Shown: piece by piece, positions 1 through 10,953 of the stretch | Numbering within the stretch: the stretch's first letter is position 1 | How the letters are laid out: each line of letters begins with the position of its first letter | Source of the DNA: Ginglymostoma cirratum | Taxonomy: Eukaryota | Direction of reading: 5' to 3' | Assembly: GCA_024137785.1 (NCBI GenBank) | Contig: JAHRHZ010000130.1 | Span: forward strand, 2,488,365-2,552,364 | DNA length: 64,000 bases | Made by a program: the position numbers and the translations under genes | The notes under the pieces: model-generated | What the model saw: the letters and a program-made list of their open reading frames with translations, nothing else | What the model was told of the DNA's origin: nothing | The model's database searches: none

Positions 1-165
1 CGTTTTGCCTCCATAAAAATACAGAAGATTTGCAATCAACAAATGGGCACAAAATTTTCCATCATGAATCAGAACAGAATAAAAGTGTGTGGGATGTAAG
101 TGCCCAGCAAATGGATACAAATTCTGCCTGTGCAGGGCTGGTCAATTCACAAAGTGTGGAAGTGT

Positions 166-3100
166 AGAACAGAACACCACTGGAACAAGCCCTGCGCCAA
201 CCGTGATGCCAATCTAAACTAATCCTATCTGCCTGCATATTGTCTGTATTTCTCTATTGCCTACTTTTTCATGAGTCTGTCCAAATGTCTCTTAAATATG
301 GCTATTGGAGTTGATTCTAGCACTGCCCTGGCAGAGTATTCCAGGCGCCTATCTTTCTCTGGGCAAAATAAAACTGTCTTACACATGTTCTTTAAACTTT
401 CCCCACTCCCTCACCTTAAATCTACACCTACCATTATTTGACATTTCCACCTGGGAAAAATGCTCCGACTATCCATCCAATGATGCTTCTCGTAATCTTA
501 TATACTTTCATCAGGTTGCCCTCTCAGCTTCTGATGCTCTAATGAATTTCATTCAAGTTTCTCCAAACTATACTTATAATTAATACACTCCATTCTAGGC
601 AACATCCTAGTCAACATCTTGCACACTCTCTCCAAAAGCCCCACATACTTTCTGTAGTGTGGCGAACAGAACTATGTACAACACTCAAAGTCTGTAAAGT
701 TTCATACAGCTAAAGTTTTGTCCAGCTGCAACATGACTTACCAACTTTTATACTCAATGCCCCAAATGATTAAAGCAGGCATGCCATATGCCTTCTCTAC
801 CACCTTATGCACTAATGTGATCACTTTCATGGAACTATGGACTTGCATTCCAAAATCCCTGCATATCAATGTTTCCAATAGTCCTGCCATTTACACAATA
901 CTTTCTTCTTGTACTTGACCTCCCAAAATGCATCAACTCATACTTGTCTGGATTAAAATCCAGCTGCTGTTTCTCCACCCAAATTCCCAACTGATCTATA
1001 TCCTGCTGTACCTTGTAACAACGTTTCTCACTATCCATAACTCCACTAATTTTTGTGTCATCTGCAATATTACTAATCAGACCGCCTATGTTTCATCCAA
1101 ATCATTTGTATACAAACATATTACAAACAATAGAGGTCCCCGCACTGATCCTTTGGAACATCACCAGTTACAGCCGTCCAGTCAGAAAAACTCCATTCCA
1201 CAACTACATCCTATCTTCTATAACTAAGGCAATTGTGTATCCAAATTACCAACTCACTGTGGATTACATGTAACCCAATCTTCTGGACAGCCTACGATGA
1301 GGGGCCTAGTTAAATGCTCTTGTAACATCCATGTAGACAATATCCACTGCCCTGGCCTCATCAGTCATCTTTGTCACTTCCATTAAAAGCTCAATCAAAT
1401 TTGAGAGACAAGATCTCCTCCGCACAAAACCATGCTAACAATTCCTAGTAAGTTCATTCTTTTCCGAATGCAAGTAAATAATTTTCCACAAAAGACTTTT
1501 CCAATAATTTCCCCACTATTGATGCAAGACTCAATGGTGTATCATTTCCTGGGTTATCGCTGTTCCCTTTCTTAAAACAAAGGACAAAATTCACTATCCT
1601 CCTGTCCTCTGCAACCTTGTCTGTGCTTAAAGAGGAAATTAAGAACTCTGTCAGGACCCCAGCAATATCCACCCTTGCCTCCTTCAGTATCCTTGGATAG
1701 ATCCCATCAGGGTCTGAAGGCTTGTCTACCTAATGCTTTCAAGAGACACAACAACGCCTCCTTCATCATATCGACATGCCCTAGAATATAAATATACCCC
1801 AACCTCATCTTATCATTAGCTGTGTCCTTCTCTTTAGTTAATACAGATGTGAAGTGTTCATTAAAAACCTCACCACATCATCTAGCTTCACACATAAATT
1901 CCCTCCATTGTCCATGAGTGGACCTACTATTTTCCTAGCTACCATCTTACTCCAAATACATGTATAAAATGCTTTGGATTCTCCTTAATCCGAATTACCA
2001 AGGACATTTTATGGCTGCTTATTTTTCTTTCCTGCTTCCTTTCTATTCCACAAGGGCCCTGTCTGACTTCAGTTTCCCAAATCTTACATATTCTTCCTTT
2101 TTCTCCTTGACTCTTGATGCAGGATTCCCCAATCTTGCCATCCTTTTTCTTTAATTCTCAAAGGAACATGCAACTTTTGAAGTCTGATCAATGGGCCTTT
2201 TAAAGTATTCCACATGTCAGATGTGGATTTACCCTCAAACAACTGCCCCAGTCTAATTTCTCCAGTTGCTGCCTAATGTTGATGCAATTAGCTTTTCCCC
2301 AATTTGGCACTTCCATATGAGGTCTGGTCTGAACCTTATCATGACTATCTTAAAACTTACAGATTTATAATCAAAGAACAAAGAACAGTACAACACACAG
2401 GAACAGGCCATTCAGGCGACCATGACTGCACCAACACATGATGTCTTTCTAAATTAAAAAACATTTCCTTTTACATGGTCCATATCGCTCTATTCCCTGC
2501 CTTTTTCATATATTTGTCAACATGCTTCTTTAATGTTGCTATTGTATCCGCCTCTATTGCCTCCTTTGGCAGCGCATTCCAGCCACTTACCACAATCTGT
2601 GTAATATTACATCTCCTTTAAACTTACCATTTTACCATAAACCTGTCATCTAGCAATTGACATTTCTATCCTGGGAAAAAAGACTGTGCCTACCCATTCT
2701 ATCTGTGCGTCTCAAAATTTTATTTTTAGCAGGTTGCCCCTCATCCTTTGACGTTCAAGTGGAAACTAACCAAGATTTCCCATCTTTTCTCATAGCTCCA
2801 TCTCTCCTCAACCTTTCCTCAATCATCCAAAATAGCGGAGGAGTAGCAGGGCTGCATTTGGGCTCCTGTGCTTTTCTCCTTTTGCTCTTTCTTTTTCTTT
2901 TTCCTTATTTTCCTTCCTTTCTTTTTCTTTTATCCCCTTTTAAGTCTTTTGTGGCAGAGTCGTAGGCATCAGCACTGCAACGACAGCAAGCTGCGCACAC
3001 AACAACAGTAACCTCCCGGTGGTATGAGTCAGTGGCAGCAAGGTTGCAACTCTTCCTGGTGACTGATATGAGACTCGCAGGCTGGCTGAGCATCCATACA

Positions 3101-5330
3101 CCTTTTTTGAGACGGGACTTTAAGAACTGGATGCTTTTTCTTTGCTTTTAGTTCTGTTTCTTTTAGTTCTCCTGTTGGTTTCTTTAAATTTTGCTTTTGA
3201 AACCAAGATGGCACCACAGAATGGTGATGTTGTACACTTTTGACTGTACGCTTGTATTCCTATACTTGAGTACACATGGCAATAAAATCTAATTCTAGTT
3301 AAACCCTTCAAACCAGGTAACATCCTGGTAAACTGTTTCTGTACCCTCTCCAAAACCTCTAATTCCTTCTCGCAGTGTGGTGAACAGGACCATGGGCAAT
3401 ACTTCAAATGTGGCCTGACTAAAATTCTATACAGCTGCAACATTGCTTGTAAATTTTTATACTCTTTGGCCCAAGGCGTGCATTCTTGATGACTTATTGA
3501 CCACCTTATCCACTTGTGTTGGCACTTTCAGGGAGTTGTGGATTTGAAATGAATGTCTAGATCCCTCTGCCAGCTGATGTTCCTAACAGTTCTGCCATTT
3601 ACTCTCTACTGCCGTTCCTATATTAGATTTTCCAAAATGCATCATCTCACGTATGTCCAGATTAAACTCCATCTGCTTGTTCTCCAACCGAGTCTCCCAT
3701 GTATCTATATCCTGCTGTATTCTCTGGCAATCATCCTCACTATCCGCAGCCGCCCCAGTATTTGTGTCACCTGCAAACACATTAACCAGGCCACCGATAT
3801 TCTCTTCTAAATCATTTATGTATATTACAAACAGGGGTACCAGTGGAAAACCACTGGACACAGATCTCCAGTCAGAAAAAGCCTCTTCCATTGCTACTCT
3901 CCATCTTCAATAACAAAGTCAGTAGTAACCATCTTGCCAGATGATCCCACTTGAATTCATCTTTTGTATCAGCCTGCATAAGGTACCTTGTTAACAGCTG
4001 TTCACAGTTCCCAAAATACTCTGCCACTGAAACTTCGACCAATTAGCCAGGTTCATTCTCTATACATGGTCTGGTACCACCCCTTCCCCACTTGGATGAT
4101 CTATACGTTGCTTCAAGAAACCTTCCTGAATGTACCTAACAAATTCTGCTCTATCTAAACCCCTGGAACTAAAGGAGTCTCAGTTGATATTTGGGAAGAT
4201 AAACTAACCCACTACAACAATGCCATTGTTTTTATGTCTGTCCATAAACTGCTTGCATATCTGTTCCTCTGTCTCCCACTGACTATCAGGAGGCCTATAG
4301 TATGACCACAGCATAGTAACTGTGCCTTTCTTACTCCTAAATTCAATCGTGTGGCCTCATTGGATGAGCCTTCCAAGATGTTCTCTCTTACTCCAACTGT
4401 GATATTATCCTTAATCAGTAATGCAACCCTCTTACCCCTTTTGCACACTTCTCTATCTCGCCTGGTACATCTAAACAATGGAATGTCAAGATGTCAGTTC
4501 TATTCTTCAAGGGCTATTTGATCAAGTTTCTGTAATATCTACAACATTGCAGTTCCACGCATTAATCCAATCTCGAAGCTCATTTGCCTTATATATTACA
4601 GTCCTTGCAGTAAAATCAATACACTTCAGACCACCAGTCCTGCTGTGTTCATTAACCTGGCCCTGTCTGTTCTTGCTGTTAACTTACTTGACTTAACATC
4701 AATCTTTCCCCACACATGTTGCCTACTGCTGTCTTTCCCAACCCCTGCCCTATCAGTTTAAACACTCCTGCGAGCACTAGCAAACTTCCCTTCAAGTATA
4801 TTGGTGCGTCTTCAGTTTAGGTGCTTATCTTTTTTTACAGATCCCATCTGCCCCAGAAGCGATCCCAATATTGTTTCTGTTAGACTTTACTGAACGTCAC
4901 CCTTCTCTTCAGTCGCTCCGCATGCTGACTTCCTGCTCTGGTTCCCACTCCTTCCTGGGTGGCACTAGCAACTCTCCTTGCAGGATGTAGGAGGATCCTC
5001 CAATTTAGCTGCAAGTGATCCTTCATATACAGCTTCTTGTCCTTGAGAAGATCCTAATGATCCAGATATATGAAGCCCTCCCTCCTACACCAGCTCTTTC
5101 GTCACATATTCAACTGTATTACCGTTTTATTTCTAGTCCCACCAGCACGTGGCACAGCCAGTAATACTGAAATTACAATCGTAGAGGTCCTGCTTTTCAA
5201 CTTCAACCTAACTCCCTAATTACCTTTGCAGGACTTCATCGCTCTTTCTGCTTATGTCATTACCACCAAATATGGACCACGACCTCTGACTGTTCACACT
5301 TCCTTTTCAGAATATCCTCACTCCAGGATG
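166..5330 (-). mobile_element. Cluster of degenerate CR1-like LINEs filling the presumed J-C intron
   Basis: RT and endonuclease fragments in ORFs 835..1038, 1454..1672, 3120..3443, 3583..3891 and 4212..4478, plus CR1 3' tails at ~166 and ~2373. Confidence 0.85.
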
Positions 5331-5905
5331 TTGCCATCAAAAACATGCCCAGCCTATCAGATAAATGAGTAATTTTGTAAATGAATTTCAGTGTATGATG
5401 CTAGGTATGCATGCAACATGTCCCAGAGGTTGGTGCAACATAATAAGCAGTATATCCCTTAGGCTATTCATAGAAAGCAAAATATTGACCTTGCCAAACC
5501 AGCCGATGTTAGCAAAACACACACAGTGTCCAAAGTTAGATGAATCCTGCGATTCCAGAACTGTGCACAATATTCTAGCTGTGGCTGAATAATGAATACA
5601 CACAAAATTACGTTGATAACCAATTCAGGATTGTCAGTAGGACTCGCAATGGTGCGCATGTGCTGTAAATTATATGTATTGATATGCAGGGCTCAGGTCT
5701 TTCAGGCAGAAAGAACAATTGTTATTAACTCTCAGTTGTGCATTCTACAACTCCTTTGCAGAAGAATCATTTGTAATATTGCAAAGAATCTCAACCAAAT
5801 CCAACAAACACACAATTCATGAAACGACGAATAACTAAAATTGTAAAACAAGGATAAAATTTTTAAAAAATCACCATCAGCACTGCAGTAGTGCATGTTT
5901 CTCAC

Positions 5906-6280
5906 CTTCAGTCACTGTCACCATGGTTCCTCGTCCCCAACAGCCGCTGGCGAACTCCCAGTCGGATGTGTAGATCTGTCTTGCACAGTAGTAGACGGCG
6001 GAGTCTTCCGTCCTCAGATTTTCCATCACCAAGAAAAAAATGTTGTTTGGAATATCTTTGGATGAAGTAAATTGATTCTGAATCTGCGGAGCGTACCAGC
6101 TCAATTCCATATTGTAGTAGCTAACCAAACTCTCCAGCGTCTGCCCAGGCACCTGTCGGAACCAGTTCATGTACGTGTTGTCAAGGTCAAAACCACCAGT
6201 TTCACACCGAAGTGTCAGGGAGCCGCCAGCTTTCGCGGTCTCTGCCTCTGGCTGAATCAGCACGAAATCTGACTGAGCAG
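5906..6280 (-). CDS. IGHV: Germline-joined immunoglobulin heavy-chain V-D-J exon (IgM VH type)
   Basis: 375-nt open exon in phase with the leader: (P)AQS|DFVLIQPEAETAKAGGSLTLRCETGGFDLDNTYMNWFRQVPGQTLESLV...EDSAVYYCAR-QIYTSDWEFASGC-WGRGTMVTVTE. It has both Ig-V cysteines, the WFRQ tryptophan, YYCAR, the J motif WGxG-TMVTV and a phase-1 donor GTGAGA at 5905. No RSS lies between V and J. Confidence 0.95.
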
Positions 6281-6417
6281 CTGGAAAATAAAGTTTTCAA
6301 GAAAACTGAAGGTTAATCTGGCTGAAATGAATCCTGACTCTGTAACATTCTGGACCCAATCATAACGTTATTAACACTGCGTTAACAGTGAGAACCTGGC
6401 AAATAAAAATTACTTAC

Positions 6418-6463
6418 GGGATAAGAAAGTCAGCAGCAGACTGATTAAAACTGTTGGCCTCAT
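6418..6463 (-). CDS. IGHV: Immunoglobulin heavy-chain (shark IgM-type) leader exon, MRPTVLISLLLTFLS + 1 nt
   Basis: ATG at 6463 (an in-frame upstream ATG at 6475 is also possible), hydrophobic signal peptide resembling shark IgM VH leaders, phase-1 donor GTAAGT at 6417, 137-nt intron to acceptor TATTTTCCAG ending at 6281. Confidence 0.9.
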
Positions 6464-6548
6464 CCTTCTTATCATTTGGAAGGAAAGTGTTTTTCCGACA
6501 ATTAACTGAGCAAACGAGCTCCTAGACTGTTGTAATGTAGTTCCGATG

Positions 6549-6563
6549 AGTGATGTTTAAATA
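6549..6563 (-). promoter_or_regulatory. Putative VH promoter TATA-like box (TATTTAAA) overlapping an AGTGATGTTT decamer-like motif
   Basis: TATTTAAA on the minus strand at 6556-6563, ~93 nt upstream of the leader ATG. AGTGATGTTT (6549-6558, + strand) is an 8/10 match to the TCR-Vbeta-type decamer AGTGAYRTCA. Confidence 0.45.
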
Positions 6564-6894
6564 GTCGGCAGGAAGGGGCGAGGTTGTGAGGGCCGCCTAT
6601 CATTCCCTGATGCGGGTGGTTACATTTATGTTTCAGATTCCATTTCATCCAATTGCAATTATTTAAACTTAAAGTTGGATTTTGTTTCTATCACATTTGG
6701 CACAGTATAAATGCAACATCTAACTTTTTAGCAAAGGACAATATAACAGTTGTCGTTGTCTTCATAAATGATAACTGCATTGTAGACGGTCCTTTACTTA
6801 AATTCCTTTATTTCTTCAAACGTGAATTTACAATGTTTAAAATCACTGCAATAACGTATCACTCCATATCTCACCATCTTTGCCTTCAAAACTT

Positions 6895-8715
6895 TTCAGT
6901 TAAGAGGTTATGCTGGAATGGTACAAAATATTGGTTAAGCCACAGCTAGAGTATTGTGCACAGTTCTGAAATCCACTTCATTGGATGGGTATGACTGCAT
7001 TGCAGAGGTATACCTGGGTGTTAGTGAGCTGGAGATATTTGGTTATGAAGGGATATTGATTAACTGGGGTTGTTTTCCTTGAAGAAAAGGAGAGTGAGAC
7101 ATGGCGTGGTTTAGATGCATAAAATTATGAGTGGCATAGATAGGGTAGACAAGAAAGAAATTTTCCTCTTCGCGGAATGATAAATGACCAGGGGCATAGA
7201 TTTAAGGCAAGGGGAAGGAGATTTAGAAGGGATATGAGGGGTGGGGGAGGAACATCTATCAGGTGATAGGAATTGGAATTCATTGCTTGTAAGTCTGGCA
7301 GAAGCAGAATCCTTCACACATTTAAGAAGAATTTAGATATACACTTGAAATGCAAGGCATACAGACCAAGTGCTGGAACATATGATTAGTTCAAAATGCC
7401 GATGTCTGTGAATGACAATAGATGTGGTGATCTGCAAAAATATCACCCAACATCCAAAACATTGCCATTCATCTTTTCTAGCAATAGAATATAAAACATA
7501 TTCTGACATCAGGGACATGGTTCATCCAACTTTAAGGCCGTACCACAGAATATCAGAAGAAAAAATATTTTATCTTTCATGCAAAGATATCATGATCTTT
7601 TAATTTCTCCATGAAATGGCAGCAGACTGTTGAAAGATTTATTAAGAAATAAAGTTCATATTAAACTCACAGGGTGTTATCAAGAGATATTTAATTGCCA
7701 CAAGGATCATTTTATTTGTTTGTGATCCCAGTTAATCTGTCATTAACTTTCAATTTGCCAAAAATCTTTGTAAAATGTGTTATCTTGTTTTTTTAAACAA
7801 AGCGTTAAGTGACATTTAAAAGACAGAAAGTAAGGTCAACATTTAATAGTTTAAGTCTAATATTTGTCCTCTAATTCACACTAATCTATTCGACAAGGTA
7901 ATTGGAAGAAATCCAGCTGGCACTTCCTGAAGGGGCTAAATAGCCAATGCTATTTACAAGAAACATCTGGGGGTTCTGGATAGTATGTCTGAGATCTGAT
8001 TCCTCATCACTGACGGCTTAGAAACTTTCACCTGGCCAATTGGGCCTATTGATACTAAAATAGTAGCAAGACAATATCCAATTTTATTCTTCTTGTTAGT
8101 GAACTGTTCCCAAATCACTGGAAATGAAATTTATGTAGCATCTCAGAAGCCACACATTATCTGGAGAATCTGTCCAATCAACACTACATTGTAGATAGAT
8201 AGATAGATAGACAGACAGATAGACTCCAAGAAGGATGTGGAGGCTTTGGACAGGGTACAGAAAAAGTTTACCAAGATGTTGCCTCATTGTTAGGAAAGAT
8301 TGGATAACTTAACTTGCTTTCACCTGAACATCAGAAGCTGAGGGTTAACCTGAAAGAAGTTTGCAAAACTGCGAGAGACATGGATAGAATGGGTAGTCAG
8401 GGTCTTTCATTTTTTGTTACCCAGGGAAGAAATGTCAGTTACAAGGAGACACGGGTTTAAGTTAAAAGGAGGAAAAGAAAAGGAGATGTGAGAAGCAATT
8501 TTGAGTGTGGTAAGTGCCTGGGATGCACTGTCAGATAAGTGGTAGAATGGTTTAAGAGGCACCTTGATAGCTACATGGATAGAGAGGTAAGAGAGGGATA
8601 CAGGCCACATAGAAGCAAAAAGATTTTTCGGTTAGAAAGTCTCATGTCATATGTCGGAGGAGACTTGGTGAGCCAAAGGTCCTATCTGTGCTGTACCTTA
8701 CTTTGTTCTTTGTTC
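6895..8715 (+). mobile_element. Two degenerate CR1 3' fragments (~6895-7420, ~8225-8715)
   Basis: Recognisable CR1 3' sequence (ccacagctagagtattgtgcacagttctg; gaggctttggacagggtacagaaaaagtttaccaagatgttgcc). Confidence 0.7.
8191..8224. repeat. (GATA)n/(GACA)n microsatellite
   Basis: Direct inspection. Confidence 0.9.
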
Positions 8716-9412
8716 TATAAATAGTACATAGTCACTTCATCTACCTAAATTGTGCTCCTGGCACAGTTACAACTTTCTGAAGAGTTATGGTAAAAGGAGC
8801 AATAACTGAGTTGTATATTGCAGTTCAAGAAAAAAAGTATCCTGCAGTTATTACACATTCAAAAGTCCTTAGCACCTTTAATCCCACTTACTGGCAGCTA
8901 TTTATTGCATCTATCCATGAAATGAATGGATTGCTCATCTGTTGCTCATGGACAGCACTCAGCTTGAAAATGCAGTGGTGGTGAAATATGTTTAGAGAGC
9001 ACATGGTACACCAGTAAGAAAAGGTTCAGTTCGTATATTTCTCTAATATGGTGGTTCCAATCTCAGCTTTAAAAAGAAAGTATGTCAAATGCATTCTGGT
9101 GTGATGTGAAATGATTTTTTTGTTTCAGAAGTGTGAATGGTTATTCTGAGACTTGCTTAGACTTGGAGATAAAGCTTTTTCTGATCTATATTCTCAAATA
9201 CAATGCTTTGGGAATTAACATTAATTAGTTTATAACATAAACATCGGCTCTGAAGTTATAGTTTGAACATTTTCCAGCCACTCAAACCACTCAGAGTAGA
9301 AAAGCTAGCATTTGTGTCGAAGTGGTTATTTCTATTTCATAGAATAATAAAGTACAAAAGGAGCCTTTGGCCCATCAAATCTGTACTGTCAAAGCTACTA
9401 AAGCTACGCTAA

Positions 9413-9567
9413 GAGATAATAGGTACTGCAGATTCTGGAGAATCCAAGATAACAAGGTGTGGAGCTGGATGAACACAGCAGGCCAAGCAGCATCATAGGA
9501 GCAGGAAAGCTTGTCATTTCGAGCCTAGACCCAAGGGTCTAGGCCCGAAACGTCAAGCTTTCCTGCT
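9413..9567. mobile_element. Head-to-head (fold-back) Penelope-derived mini-element
   Basis: Antisense and sense Penelope tails are joined at GCCTAGACCC-AA-GGGTCTAGGC. Flanked by a 15-bp near-perfect TSD CTAAAGCTAC(G/A)CTAA (9398-9412 / 9568-9582). Confidence 0.85.
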
Positions 9568-10649
9568 CTAAAGCTACACTAATCCTACATTCCCGCACTA
9601 GGCCCATAACCCTGAATGTTGTGACATTTCAAGGGCTCACCAAGTAATTTTTAAAGGTTGTGAGGCTTCCTGCCTCAACTATCCTCTCAGCAGTGAATTC
9701 TAGACACCCACCTCCTTTGGGTGAAAAAGATTTTCCTTTAATCCCCTCTGACCCTTCTGCCTTTCAGCATGAAATTATGCTCCCTTGTTAATGACCCTTC
9801 AAATAAAGAGGACAGTTGTTTTCTCTTCACCCTGTCCATGCTGCCATAATCCCCTAAACCTCTATCAGGTCCCCATCAACTTACTCCGGGCCAAAGAAAA
9901 TGACCAAGCTTATCCAGCCTATCTTCAGAACTGAAGTATTCCATCCCCAGGCAACATCATAATGAATCTCCTCTGCACCGTCTCCAGTACACTCCATCCT
10001 TCAGGTAATGCAGAGATTAGTACTGCATACAGTACTCCCGCTGTAGCCTAACCAAAGTCCTGTACGGTTCCAACGTAGCATCCCTCCCCCGGCTCTTGCA
10101 AACTATGCCTCGATTGATAAAGGCAAGATATCTCTGCATTCTTAACTACACTGTTAACCTGTCATGCTGTCTTCAGCAATTTGTGGGCAAGCACCTCAAT
10201 GATCCCTCTGTTCCTCTGAGCTTCTTGTGTCCCGCCATTCAATGAGTACTTCTTATCTTGTTACTTCTTCCAAAATCCAATCCGCCACTGTCTGCCTAAA
10301 CAATCTGTTTCTATCATCCTGTAACCTCTTCATTAAGACCACCCAGCCAATTTTAGTGTTACCAGTAGACTTTCTTATCCATTCTATCCCTACCACCTGC
10401 CATTTGTCCCACCACATTCTCATTTACATTATTTATATATATGTCATGGACAATAAGGAACAGAGCACTAATCACTGTGATACATCACTGCACAATGGCA
10501 TCCAGTCAAGTGAGCAGATGTCTACCACTACCCTCTGTCTCCTTTCACAAAGCTATTTTTGAATTCAACTAGCCAAGTTACCGTCTGTTTTTACCTTCTT
10601 TATCAGTCTCACATATGGGACTTTGTGAAAACACTTTGCTGATATCCAT

Positions 10650-10953
10650 ATAGAATAGAATCCCCACAGTGTGGGAACAGGCCCTTTGGCCCAACAAGTC
10701 CACACCAACCCTTGGAGCATCCCACCCCCCTAAGCTGCAATCCCTGAACACTAAAGGCAATTTAGTATGGCCAATCCACCTAACCTGCACATCTTTGAAT
10801 TGTGGGAGGAAACTGGAGTATCTGGAGGAAACCCATGCAGACATGGGGAGAATGTGCAAACTCCACACAGACAGTTGCCCAAGGGTGGAATTGAACCTGG
10901 GTCCCTGGCGCTGTGAGGCAGCAGTGCTAACCACTGAGCCAGCGTGCCACCCC
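10650..10953 (-). mobile_element. HE1-type tRNA-derived V-SINE
   Basis: Minus-strand head GGGTGGCACGCTGGCTCAGTGGTTAGCACTGCTGCCTCACAGCGCCAGGGACCCAGGTTCAATTCC (Pol III A/B boxes), V-domain TGTGGAGTTTGCACATTCTCCCC and CR1-like tail. Confidence 0.9.

Noticed and set aside
5877-5905. C-terminal GEKHALLQC of the Ig ORF
   Set aside because: Read-through past the J splice donor GTGAGA.
5553-6971. Inverted ~35-bp sequences (5553-5588 and 6937-6971) flanking the VDJ gene, as possible transposon TIRs
   Set aside because: Both are ordinary CR1 RT fragments (PQLEYCAQF) in opposite orientation, and I see no TSD.
10880-10953. tRNA-like sequence with A/B boxes (also ~22713, ~40058, ~14545)
   Set aside because: SINE heads, with no complete cloverleaf.
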